Below, in pieces: positions 1-10,538 of a DNA stretch of 64,000 nucleotides (within the stretch, counting starts at the first letter, position 1; the number at the start of each line of letters is the position of its first letter). This DNA is from an uncultured Chloroflexia bacterium (GTDB taxonomy: Bacteria; Chloroflexota; Anaerolineae; B4-G1; SLSP01), in NCBI GenBank assembly GCA_963751345.1, contig CAVVUS010000019.1, positions 77,975 to 141,974 of the forward strand. Direction: 5' to 3'. The translations under genes and the position numbers were made by a program. Under the pieces are notes generated by a model, which saw nothing but the letters and a program-made list of their open reading frames with translations, was not told where the DNA came from and made no database searches.

Positions 1-389
1 GCAACTCTGCCTTCGTAGTTGACTACGCTGACGGCTAATGCCACCCAAATCGGATCGCCGCTCTTCGGGATAATCCTGATATCGCAGCGGGATGGGAGTT
101 CGGCGCCTTGCTGTTTCTGCACATCCGGCTCCATCACGAGTGCGCGATCGTCAGGATGGACGAACTCGATGAAGGGTCTGTCCATCAGTTCCTCGCGTGC
201 GTGACCGATGAGCCTTTCTGTACTGCGATTGACCAGCCTGAATCGCCCGTCCTGAGCCACGAAGAGCGCCGCGGGTGCGCTCTCCACAAGGTCACGGTAG
301 CTGACACCCGGCTCTCCCAATGCGGCATCGGGCGTTCTCGGTTCGAGGCGGTCGTGGTTGGTGTTATGGCCTGCAGTGTTGTCTGTCAT
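1..389 (-). CDS. PAS-domain sensor protein, N-terminal part (runs off window start)
   Basis: Manual translation from ATG 389 (GGAGG upstream): MTDNTAGH...YRDLVESAPAALFVAQDGRFRLVN...GHAREELMDRPFIEFVHPDDR..., a typical PAS signature; open to position 1; not in the ORF track. Confidence 0.8.
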   Translation of the reverse strand, partial: MTDNTAGHNTNHDRLEPRTPDAALGEPGVSYRDLVESAPAALFVAQDGRFRLVNRSTERLIGHAREELMDRPFIEFVHPDDRALVMEPDVQKQQGAELPSRCDIRIIPKSGDPIWVALAVSVVNYEGRV

Positions 390-927
390 ACGTGCCATCC
401 TCCACTGTTCGAGCTGACGCGCTCCGGTGGAAGCAAACCTTGGTGTCATGGGGCCCGGCTGTCTGAGCGAGGGGTTGGGCGCACCATCGGAATCGAGCCT
501 CCATTCATTATAGCTTGGTTTCACCGACGAGCATCACGCTGGGGCTAGCTTGACACAGTGATCGTGCTTCTGTGTCACCGAGACCTAATGGTTCGCCCCG
601 TGGATCGACCGGTAGACCTGCGTTGTCAGCCAATTGCTGCACTCGGGCGCTACCCGCAATGCAAAGGGCGCCCTCTGATAGGCGTGTCAAACCACATTTC
701 CATCGCTATTCCAACTCTACGATCTCTTTCCGTAGGGGATGCCAACACGATCCGGCGCGTGCCGGGATCTTTCTGGGGGATAATGATTGATGATCACGAG
801 CTGGGGTCGAATTGTGTTTCGGATCCAGTGGGTCGGATCACCCACATTATGCGGTGGAACGTAATGTCGCCGCTGCAAGAGGCGGTCCCAAGGTATCTCA
901 CTCTATCCTGGGGGGTAATTTGTACTA

Positions 928-956
928 TTGCATTCTTTTCAATATTGTTTTATAAT
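928..956 (+). promoter_or_regulatory. sigma70-type promoter for the exopolysaccharide locus
   Basis: TTGCAT(928-933)-17 nt-TATAAT(951-956) in an AT-rich patch ~85 nt upstream of ATG 1040. Confidence 0.7.
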
Positions 957-1039
957 GTATATGATTGAGTGGGAATTAACGTGACGCAACATGCATTGCT
1001 CAAACTTTAGGTGGCAAGTGAAAAGGCGGAGGGTGTGCG

Positions 1040-3560
1040 ATGAACCGTAGGTATCGAGTGGGCCTTCGTATCGTGTATGTCGTGGTTCTTCTGTTGTCGG
1101 TGTCGGTCGGACAGGTACGGGCCGATCCGATCGATACGCCAATCGGGCCGCCGTTGCCGCAGCAGCCCGATCTGCCGTTCCACCTGCAGTCCGGTCCCCT
1201 TACACGGGTACCATAGCGCCTCTGGCCGTCACGTCGGCGCCGCCGCTGAAGGTGATCACGGACCCGACGCTGGATATGAGAGTGCTCGTCATCATGGATA
1301 GCGAGATCCAGGTCATCGACTATACGTCCGACGGCGTTAACCAGATGATCACTGGGCTATCTGGACATCCTGGGTATCCCCTATGACGTCCATCGATATC
1401 AACGGTCGGGACCGGGCGTTCCACTGTTCACCGATGCGGAACTGTGGGACGGGGTGAACCACGGCAACTACTACGCGATCTTTGTCGGCACCTACGCTGT
1501 CTGGTTGTATGGACCGGACAAGCTCACCGCTGACGAGCGTGCTCCTGATCCAGGCCTACGAGCGCAATTTCGACGTGCGACAGGTGACGTGGTACGCGTA
1601 CCACTGAGGCCACCCAATGGGGACTTGATCCTGGGCCAGACGGCGGTCAGCCGTGACGACGACGCTGACAGACGCAACGGCGAGACGGTCTTCAGCTACC
1701 TCAAGTCCGACATCGAGCTACCGATCACCGATGCCTACACCTATCTCGGGACACGTGCTGCTGGGGCCGTCGTCACACCACTGCTCGAGTTCCGCGATCC
1801 GGCCACATCTACACGGACAGTCGATAGCTATCCGATCGTGAGCATCTTCGAGCCCACCGATTCCGGCGACCAGATGGTGGTGACGGCGGCTGCGTACTAT
1901 CCCGCGACGCCGCCAGTGAGCATCCAGGCCGGCTGTTGCCCTACGGCATCATCAACTGGGCGACCAAGGGGGTTTTCCTCGGCCAGCGCCACCTCTACTT
2001 CACGCCGCAGCCCGACGATATGCTCTCGTATCGGCGACCGGTGGGATGCGACCACACACACTACGGTCTTTGATCAGGGCTTCCGGCTGAAACCGAGCGA
2101 TGTGGACAATCTGATCTCGTGGATGACTGCGTTCCGCGCCACGGCCAACGCAGCAGAACTTCAAGATCGAGATGCCATTCAACGGCGAGGGTGTGGAGTA
2201 CGATACCGAGATGGCACGATGAACGGTACCATCCTGCCCAACACCCTGACGGCCAAGGTCATCAAGCAGACGTAAAGGACATTCGTCTGGCTCAATCACA
2301 CGTGGAGCCATCCGGATCTCTACACGTCCACGTACCAGTTCGCATACGATGACATCTACAGCAACACCCTCACGGCCCAGCTTCTCGGCTTCACGGATTA
2401 CACGACCACCACGCTGCTGACGGGGGCCTACAGCGGGCTGACAAACACCAGGTGATCAGCGCCGCCTACGACCTGGGCGTCCGCTACATGGAGTCGAACG
2501 CATCGCAGCCGGGCTTCAACAATCCCAGCCCCAACACCGGGATCTACACCGGCACCGGCGGGGCGATGCTCCTGGTGCCGCGCCTGGCCAACAAATCTTC
2601 TACTTCGCGGGCACGCCGGACGAGGAGGTGGACTACTACAACCTCGTGTACGATGCAATCAACGGTGCTGTACTATTGCGAGCCTATTACGACCACTCCG
2701 ATTCCGGGGCACCTTTGCTACAACTACAACGAGATCCTGGATAGGGTCACAAACCAGGCGCTGGGCTTCCTGCTCGACTTCAACGTCGACGCGACGATGT
2801 TCCATATGAACAACCTGAACCAGTACTCGGGTGGCACCAACACCTTGATGGGCGACTACGTGACCGCGCTCTACAGCAAGTACAACACCTACTACAACAC
2901 AACGTGCCGATCCTGAGCCCGCGCACGCAGGAGATCGGCGACCTGATGCAGCAGCGGATGGACTACAACGCTTCCGGCGTATCGGGCATCATCGCCTGCG
3001 CCAACCAGATCACGGTGACCATCCCGACGACCGCGACCACCGGCGCCCGGGTACCGGTCACCGGCGTGGACTTCGGCGGCGACACCGAGAACTACGCCGG
3101 GCAGGACATCTCCTACGTGCAGATGGGCATCGGCGAGACGGTGGTGATCCCCGGCACGGGGTCGGCTTCGACGCCGGCGCCGTCACCAATCTGCAGGTCA
3201 CACCGGGGACGCCCACGACGCTGACCTGGGACTGCTGACCCGAATGCCTATGGCTACCGCGTCTACGGCAGCACGACGTCCGGTCACACCTGGCCTACAA
3301 CCGAGCTGGGCGTGGTCACGACAGCGACGTACTCCGATGACTCCGGCAGCACCTACTACGCCGTGACCGCGATCGCCAATGACTGCTGGAAACACGAGTC
3401 GGCGGCGTCCTTCGTGAATATACCCCCCACGGCACTGACGCTGGTCGGGATAGGCGCCACATCGGGCTCGCTCGTGCTCGTGGGCCTAGTCCCGCTGGCT
3501 GCGGTCGCCCTGGTGGTCCTGAGTCTCGTGTGGAGCAAGCGCAGGCATCAGGTAAGGTGA
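1040..3560 (+). CDS. Secreted Agd3-like (CE18-type) polysaccharide deacetylase with C-terminal membrane anchor; several frameshifts
   Basis: ATG 1040 after GGAGG, signal peptide MNRRYRVGLRIVYVVVLLLSVSVGQVRA. Pieces in successive frames: ITDAYTYLG, WLNHTWSHPDL, NPSPNTGI, LLVPRLAN, MFHMNNL, resembling Agd3-family motifs (recognised by eye). Ends PPTALTL-TM-SKRRHQVR. Confidence 0.65.
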
Positions 3561-3566
3561 CCCATC

Positions 3567-5196
3567 ATGAGTGATCGCGCAAACGAAGTAGACGTTCGGG
3601 AACCCGATGGTGACGGCGGAAGCAGCATCTTCCGCCATCACCCCCTGCGCGTCTGCCTCGTGGCCGAGGGAAGCTATCCTCACTACCGCGGCGGGGTCAG
3701 CACGTGGTGCGACATGCTGGTGCGCGGCATCACCGAGGTGCAGTTCTCGCTGGTAAGCATCATCGCCGACCCGAGTGTCGAGCCCGTCTACGAACTCCCC
3801 GGCAACGTGCGGGAGCTGCGGCCGGTGGCGCTCTGGGGAACCGGCGAGGTGCTTGAGCTGCATCGCGACCTGGGGTTGCTGGACGTGATTCGCAGGAAGC
3901 GCAGCGCACCCGCTCGCGTGATCGAGGGCGAGTTCCTGCCGTCCTTCGCCGAGTTCGTGGATCTGCTCTGGCAGGAGGAGGCGGCCCCGGACCGCGTCGC
4001 CCACACACTGCAGTCGATGGCGGCCTACTTCGTCGGGCACGACTACGACATCACCATGCGGTCCCGCCTGGTGTGGGAGACCTTCCTGGAGCGCAGCGTG
4101 CCTGCGTATCAGGCCAGCCACGGGAGCGCGGCCCCGGTGGCGATGAGCGACGCTACAGACGTCATGCGATTGCTCTACCGGTGGCTCACCATGCTCTCGA
4201 TCCCGGTCCCGGACGTGGACGTGATCCACGCGGCGTCGGCAGGGCTTGCCAGCATGATGGGCATCGTGGCTGCGGCGCGACCGGGCATCGCTTTCCTGCT
4301 GACCGAGCACGGCATCTACCTGCGCGAGCGGCTGCTGGCGCTCACCCGCAGCGAGAGCAGCGTCTTCGAGCAGGCCTTTCAGGCTGCTTTTGCCCAGCGG
4401 ATCACCGAGGCGAGTTACTGGTCGGCCGACCAGATCGCGCCCGGCAGCAACTACAACCATCGCTGGGAGACCTACGTCGGCGCAGAGCCCTCGTTGATTC
4501 AGACCATCTACAACGGACCGGATCCCGCGGAGTTCACGCCGACGGTTCTGAATCGCCCACCGGGCGAGGCGCCGATCGTGATCTGGTTGGGCCGCATCGA
4601 TCCGCTGAAGGATCTGGAGACGCTGATCCGGGCGGCCGCCATCGTTGTCGACCAAATGCCCGATGTGCAGTTCGTGCTCTACGGCAAGGCTCCGAGGGGC
4701 AATGAATGGTACTACGACCGGTGCGTGGCTCTGAGGGATAGCCTGGGCATTGCGGACAACGTGACCTTCGCCGGCTTTGCCGCGAGTGCCGCGGCTGCCT
4801 ACAACGAGGGGGATTTTGTGCTCCTCTCGAGCATCTCGGAGGGTTTCCCCTATAGCGTCGTCGAGGCAATGATGTGCGCGCGAACGGTCGTAGGCACCGA
4901 TGTGGGGGGGGTGAGCGAGGCACTTGAGGATGTTGGGCTGGTGGTGGAGCCCCGGAACCCGGAGCAGATGGCCCAGGCCTGTCTCAAGCTGCTGCGAGAC
5001 CCGGACCTGGCCCGAGAGATGGGGCGGCGGGCGCGGGAGAAGGCGCTGTCGCAGTTCAGCCTCCAGCAGTGCAATGCTGCTTATCTGTCAACCTATCAAT
5101 CCCTGGCACGCCGGGCCCGGCTCGGGACAGGGCGACCGCCGGATCGCGGAATCGGCAGCCGTGGCAACTCCGGTACCGCAGGTGGTGCGGCGATGA
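3567..5196 (+). CDS. pelF: GT4 glycosyltransferase, PelF-like (DUF3492 + Glycos_transf_1)
   Basis: EGSYPHYRGGVSTW, LTEHGIYLRER, GRIDPLKD, SSISEGFPYSVVEAM motifs. Likely true stop is TGA 5194-5196 overlapping the next ATG, after one indel. Confidence 0.85.
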
Positions 5197-6827
5197 GCCA
5201 GCCAAGCGGTCCCGTGAGCGCTCTGCCGTCGTCGCTGGAGGCCTACGAGTCGGTCCAGCTCCTTGCCGATGACATTCGCGACACCTGCCCCGCGCCTGTC
5301 AACACGCTGCAAATCGCGGCGCTCCTGGAGTCGGCCGGTGTGACCGACGCCATTGCCGCGCACCGCTACGGGTATCGCGATGTCTTTGGCGTGGCGGACA
5401 CTGTCGCGGATCTGCTGGATGGGCGCGGCGTTTGACTGCGAGCCGCAGAAGGAGCCCGTTGCAGAGCCATCGACGGATTGGCGGTCGGCCACGATGAACT
5501 ATCTGCGCGGCCCCCTGGGGGTCGTGCCGCTGGTCCTGCTGATGTCGATTGTCGGGGCGTTGCAGAGCTTCGGCCAGTGGCAAGGACCGCGGGTGCTCAC
5601 GTTGAGCGCTGCAACGATTGGCAGCCTGCTCATCACAGGTGGGTTCGTGCAGATCGCTTCGCGCAAAGGCTCCAGCTATCTTAGCCAGGGGTACGCCAGG
5701 GCCGCCGGGCGGTTCGTGGTCAGGATGCTCGCCGTGGCCGTGGCCGTCGTCGTCGTGACTGCCTTCCCGCTCGCCTGGATGGGTCGGGCGACCGGGTGGC
5801 TGGCGGCGACTGATGCGCCACTGATGATGATCGCCTACGTTGCGCTCTCCTGTCTGTGGTTGCTGTCGGCGGTGCTCTCGATCTTCAAGCGCGTACACTG
5901 GTTTGGCATCGCCCTCGCATTGGGCGTGGGCCTCAGCCGTCTGTCGCTGATCGGGCTCGCGCGGTCGACGCTGCTGCCTCAGGTGACGGTTGGGGTGGCT
6001 GTGGGGGTGGGACTCCTGGTGACGATCGGGGTGGGGGCTTGGGCTGCCCTGCGGGCGGTGTCTGCGGAATCCTCCGCGTCGGAGAGTGGCGACCACGTCG
6101 TCCGGACGCCGCCGCTGCCCCAACTTGTGGTCAATCTGACGCCCTATTTCATCTATGGCATCATCTATATTCTGGCCGTGCTCTCGGGGCACGTGGGGGG
6201 ATGGCTCGGGCGGCTCCCCGCGGGACTTGACCGTATGGACGCGATTGCGAGAAGCGAGCTGGGCCTCACGGTCGCACTTGTGGCGTACATCCTGGTCGGC
6301 GGCGTGGCAGAGGAGACAATGCAGCGCTTCTGGCAGTGGGTTCACGTCTATCAGGCGGAAACGATGGCGGCACAGCCCGGTGGCTTCTCGGCGAAGCTGC
6401 GTGACTTCCAGCGTACCGAGCTCAGGTGGTTTGTTGTCGCGTTTCTGGCGTCCGCGGGCCTGGTGCTCGTGCTCGTGGCCGTGAGTCGTGGTGCTTTCCC
6501 CAGACGGCATGCTGCTTGGGTTGCCCTGGGGACCGGACCTGGGCCATCGTGCTCGGCTTCGGCCTGGTCGGCTGTGGCCTGCTGGGTATCAGTGCGTTCG
6601 ACTGCATGATGCTGATCACGCTCTCCCGCCCGTGGCCCGCGGTGCTGGCCCTTACTGCCGGCACGGTGACCACGCTCATTGCGAGTCTTGGCTGGGGGCA
6701 TTGGGTGGGCTTCGCGTATGGTGCGGCCGGGATGGTTTTCGGGAATCTGGTTGCTTTTCTGGTGGCACACCGCGCCTTGCAGCGCGTGTTGCGTCACGCT
6801 GATTACTACTACTTCACGTCGTTTTAG
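5193..6827 (+). CDS. Multi-pass membrane protein, PelG-like exporter; frameshifted
   Basis: N-terminus MSQP...IAALLESAGVTDAIAAHRYGYRDVF, then many hydrophobic segments (ORFs 5353-6609 and 6426-6827), ending HADYYYFTSF; directly after pelF. Confidence 0.6.
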
Positions 6828-6879
6828 AGCGCGGGATGCCTCCCGCGACATCTACCACACCAAGCAGCACAAGGAGGCA

Positions 6880-7872
6880 ATGATGGATTGGACAGGGAAA
6901 CGAGTTCTCGTGACGGGCGCGAGTGGGTTCATCGGTAGTCATCTGGTTGAGGCCCTCGTAGGTGAGGGCGCCACGGTGCGCGCGCTCGCCCACTACAACT
7001 CACGAAACGATGCCGGGCTGTTGCGCCGGCTGCCGCCCGACGTGCAGCGCGAGGTCGACGTCTTCTACGGGGATCTCAAGGATCCCTGGTCGGTGCATCA
7101 GGCGATGGAGGGGACGGAGACCGTCTTCCACCTCGGCGCACTCATCGGGATCCCGTACTCATACGTGAATCCCTACGACGTCGTGCAGACGAATGTCCTG
7201 GGCACCTACCACGTGCTGGCGGCTGCCCGGGATCTTGGCGTGGGCCGCGTGGTCCACACGTCGACGAGCGAGGTGTACGGGTCGGCGCAGTATGTGCCGA
7301 TCGACGAGAACCATCCGCTGCAGGGCCAGTCGCCCTACAGCGCGAGCAAGATCGGCGCGGACAAGCTTGCGGAGAGCTTCTATCTCTCTTTCGAGCTTCC
7401 CGTCAGCACGGTCCGGCCCTTCAATACCTATGGGCCGCGCCAGTCTGCGCGGGCTGTGATCCCCACGATCATCACCCAGGCGCTGACCCAGGATTTCGTC
7501 AAGCTGGGCGCGCTCTATCCGCGGCGCGATTTTACCTATGCGACGGATACGGCGGCGGGCTTCATCGCGGCTGCCGAGAGCGATGCTACCGTCGGGCAGG
7601 TGGTCAACCTCGGCACCGGTGATGACATCACCATTGGGGAGCTGGTCGACCTGGTCGTTGAACTCATCGGTCGCGATATCGAGGTGCGAAGTGACCAGGG
7701 GCGGATTCGACCGGAGGGAAGTGAGGTGGTACGTCTGCTGTCCAACAATCAGAAGGCGAAGGCGATCATGGGATGGGAACCGCGGGTCGGATTTCGTGAG
7801 GGCTTGGAGAGGACAATTTCGTGGATTGGCGAGAACCTGGACCTCTATCAAACGGAGCGGTACACGATATAG
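6880..7872 (+). CDS. NAD-dependent nucleotide-sugar epimerase/4,6-dehydratase (extended SDR)
   Basis: AAGGAGG RBS; VLVTGASGFIGSHL, HTSTSEVYG, SPYSASKIGAD (YxxxK), RPFNTYGPRQ. Confidence 0.9.
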   Translation: MMDWTGKRVLVTGASGFIGSHLVEALVGEGATVRALAHYNSRNDAGLLRRLPPDVQREVDVFYGDLKDPWSVHQAMEGTETVFHLGALIGIPYSYVNPYDVVQTNVLGTYHVLAAARDLGVGRVVHTSTSEVYGSAQYVPIDENHPLQGQSPYSASKIGADKLAESFYLSFELPVSTVRPFNTYGPRQSARAVIPTIITQALTQDFVKLGALYPRRDFTYATDTAAGFIAAAESDATVGQVVNLGTGDDITIGELVDLVVELIGRDIEVRSDQGRIRPEGSEVVRLLSNNQKAKAIMGWEPRVGFREGLERTISWIGENLDLYQTERYTI

Positions 7873-7921
7873 CGCTGGATCTTTTTGGAATGATGCTTGT
7901 GCCGAATTTGGGGGGTGTGAA

Positions 7922-8684
7922 ATGAAAGCAGTGATTATGGCAGGCGGGAAAGGGACGCGGCTGGCGCCTTTTACGAAGGTACTTCCGAAACCACTTGATA
8001 CCGCTGGGGGACTATCCCATCCTGGAGATCATCATCAGCCAGCTCAGAGAGGCCGGATTTGATGAGATCATCCTGACCGTCAATTACCTGGCCCATCTCT
8101 TTGAGGCCTACTTCGGCAATGGTGAGCGGCTGGGGGTCAACATCCGGTATTCGCTGGAGGAGCGGCCTCTGGGAACGGCAGGGCCCCTGGCACTGATCGA
8201 CGGCCTCGATGAGGAGCCGTTCCTTGTGATGAATGCGGATTTGCTGACCGACATTGACTTCCGGCATCTCTACTCGACGCACCTCGCACAGGACGCCGCG
8301 GTCACGATGGCGCTCTATGCCAAGGAGTACAAGATTGACTTCGGCGTGATCGAGACGGATGACACCGGGCGGGTGTTGGCGTGCCGGGAGAAGCCGGTAC
8401 TCAATTACCTGATCAATATGGGGGTCTACGTCGTCTCACCCTACGTCCTTGACGAGATCCCCTACAACAGCTTCTTCGACATGACGGACGTCATCGCACG
8501 GGTCAGTCCCAGCCCGAGGGGTGTCTATGGCTACCGGTTTGAGGGCACGTGGATGGATCTGGGCAAGGTCGATGACTTCGACCGGGTCGCGTCGAAGTTC
8601 CAGCACCTGATCTCGGTCGCGGAGACGCGGATCCCGCTCGAATCGTACATCCATCTCCTGTCGGCAGCGCCGGCGGAGGCATAG
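7922..8684 (+). CDS. Sugar-phosphate nucleotidyltransferase; one frameshift near 7995
   Basis: MKAVIMAGGKGTRLAPFTKVLPKPL continuing as IPLGDYPILE...PLGTAGPL...EKP...WMDLG. Confidence 0.88.
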
Positions 8685-8687
8685 GCT

Positions 8688-9638
8688 GTGGAGCGAATGG
8701 CCGGCCCGGTGCTGGTGACCGGGGCGACAGGGTTTGTGGGTCGCCACATGATCGACTTGCTGTTGAGCCACGGGTACGAGGTAGCCGCGGCGAGCATCCC
8801 CGGCGATCCCCTTCTCGCCGCGCTGCCGCCGGGCGTCTCCCGGTTGGCGTTCGACATCCTCGACCTTGACGCCACGACCGGGGTGCTGGCCCAACTGCAC
8901 CCGTCTGTCGTCTTCCACCTTGCGGGGCTCGCGCGCGGCGGTGACCTCCAGCGGCTGCTGGCAGTGAACGTCATAGGCACAGAGTGTCTGCTCAAGGCAG
9001 CACGCGCGCTGGATCAGCCCGCCACCGTGGTCATACCGGGCTCCGCGTCGGAATATGGGATCCTCCCGGCTCCTGAGCCGGTGAACGAGGACGCGCCCCT
9101 CGCGCCGATCTCGGCGTACGGCGTGAGCAAGGCCGCGCAGACGCTGCTCGGGCTGAGCTATGCGCGGCGCGGTGACGTGCCTGTGGTGGTGGGGCGGATC
9201 TTCAACATCACGGGGCCGCGTGAGCCGCAGGCCATGCTCGTCGGGGCGATGGCCGGGCAGGTCGCCGCGATTGAGCGAGGCCGGCTCCCGGCCGTGGTCA
9301 GCGTCGGCAATCTCGATCCCTATCGCGATTACATCGATGTCCGCGATGCTGTGCAGGGTCTGTGGCTGCTCTGGCGCTATGGCGAGTCGGGCCGGGCGTA
9401 TAACCTGTGCAGCGGCACCGCGATCCAGGTGCGTGAGGTGGTACGGAGGGTGGTGGCGCTGTCGAGCGTGCCGATCAGGATCGAGCCCGATCCCGACCGC
9501 CAAAGGCCCTCTGACATCCCGTACTGTGCCGGGGATCCGCAGCGTGTAGCATCCGCCACGGGCTGGCAGCCGCAGTATTCGCTCGACGAATCGCTCCAGG
9601 CTACGCTTTCGTGGTGGCGAGAGGCGTCGCAAGCCTAA
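8688..9638 (+). CDS. NAD-dependent epimerase/dehydratase (GDP-sugar reductase/dehydratase-like)
   Basis: VLVTGATGFVG, GSASEYG, YGVSKAAQ, RIFNITGP, VGNLDPYRDYIDVRD. Confidence 0.85.
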   Translation: MERMAGPVLVTGATGFVGRHMIDLLLSHGYEVAAASIPGDPLLAALPPGVSRLAFDILDLDATTGVLAQLHPSVVFHLAGLARGGDLQRLLAVNVIGTECLLKAARALDQPATVVIPGSASEYGILPAPEPVNEDAPLAPISAYGVSKAAQTLLGLSYARRGDVPVVVGRIFNITGPREPQAMLVGAMAGQVAAIERGRLPAVVSVGNLDPYRDYIDVRDAVQGLWLLWRYGESGRAYNLCSGTAIQVREVVRRVVALSSVPIRIEPDPDRQRPSDIPYCAGDPQRVASATGWQPQYSLDESLQATLSWWREASQA

Positions 9639-10381
9639 GGCAGCGTATCGAGCCGGTAGTTCGTGACGAAGGGCACGAACCCGTGGGCCAGGGCACGCTT
9701 GATCGCTTTGGCCCTCAGAGCGTGGTCGCCGGGCGCCGCGTAATCGAGCGCCAGCAGTACATGCCGGTCGAAGGTCGCCCGCAATTCCAGGGCTTTCTGC
9801 GTCGTCCACGCGAGGTCCGCGCCGAGCCACGATCTGTAGCGTGTGCCGTCGTAGTGGCTGGTGAACGCCTCGAAGACCACGCCGTCCGCCACCTCGCGGA
9901 CCGTCTCCAGGACAGTGAACCCACGATTGACGAGCAGGCCGGTCTCCGGATAGGCCGCCCGGATCCGACGCATCAGCTGCTCAACCCCTGGTCGTGTATC
10001 CGCGACTCGGTCCTGCACGTCCACTGTGTCGAGAAAGAGTCCGCTGAAACCTACGCCCAGCAGGCGTGGCACCAGATCGTCGAGCACGTGATCCTGCCAC
10101 AGCAACGACCGGCAGTCCACCAGACCCGTACCCCACTTCAGATTCACCATGGGTCTGCCGGTATCGGGATCGAGGATCTGCCACGGGCCCTCCGCTTCGG
10201 ATCCGAAGGCTTCTCCCAACGATAGGTAAGCGAACGTCCGCGTGCCTGCCGCCTCGAGGGAGGCGATCTCCGGAGGCGTGTAGTGGGCGGCCTGCAGGAT
10301 CACCAGATTGTAGGCTGCCAACTGGACGAGGCGGCCCATACCGTAATAACACGCGTATCGCGTAGGTAGTGCCAATCGCAT
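9635..10381 (-). CDS. GH114/GH166-like endo-alpha-1,4-polygalactosaminidase, no signal peptide
   Basis: YACYYG, AYLSLGE, GFSGLFLDTVD, LLVNRGF, VVFEAF, LALDYA motifs. Confidence 0.8.
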   Translation of the reverse strand: MRLALPTRYACYYGMGRLVQLAAYNLVILQAAHYTPPEIASLEAAGTRTFAYLSLGEAFGSEAEGPWQILDPDTGRPMVNLKWGTGLVDCRSLLWQDHVLDDLVPRLLGVGFSGLFLDTVDVQDRVADTRPGVEQLMRRIRAAYPETGLLVNRGFTVLETVREVADGVVFEAFTSHYDGTRYRSWLGADLAWTTQKALELRATFDRHVLLALDYAAPGDHALRAKAIKRALAHGFVPFVTNYRLDTLP

Positions 10382-10489
10382 ACGTATTTATTCCCCCCAC
10401 ATTCCCTCCGCTCTGCCCGGTCCACGTATTATAGACGATGTCGATCGGGTTGTCCGCCTCTCCTGTTCTAACCGTAATCCTCCTTGTGC

Positions 10490-10518
10490 TTGCGTTATGG
10501 TTGTATTATGACTATAAT
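10490..10518 (+). promoter_or_regulatory. sigma70-type promoter
   Basis: TTGCGT-17 nt-TATAAT(10513-10518), followed by GGAGG and ATG 10539. Confidence 0.6.
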
Positions 10519-10538
10519 GCGCGGCATGGAGGTATTAC

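Noticed and set aside
400-1030. ORFs 558-968 and 572-790, or an ncRNA in the divergent intergenic region
   Set aside because: Atypical codon usage, no motifs and no convincing RNA structure; treated as a regulatory region.
3567-5435. PelF fused to an extra C-terminal domain (622-aa ORF)
   Set aside because: The tail from MSQP is the N-terminus of the next membrane protein; the ATGA overlap at 5193-5196 indicates two coupled genes joined by an indel.
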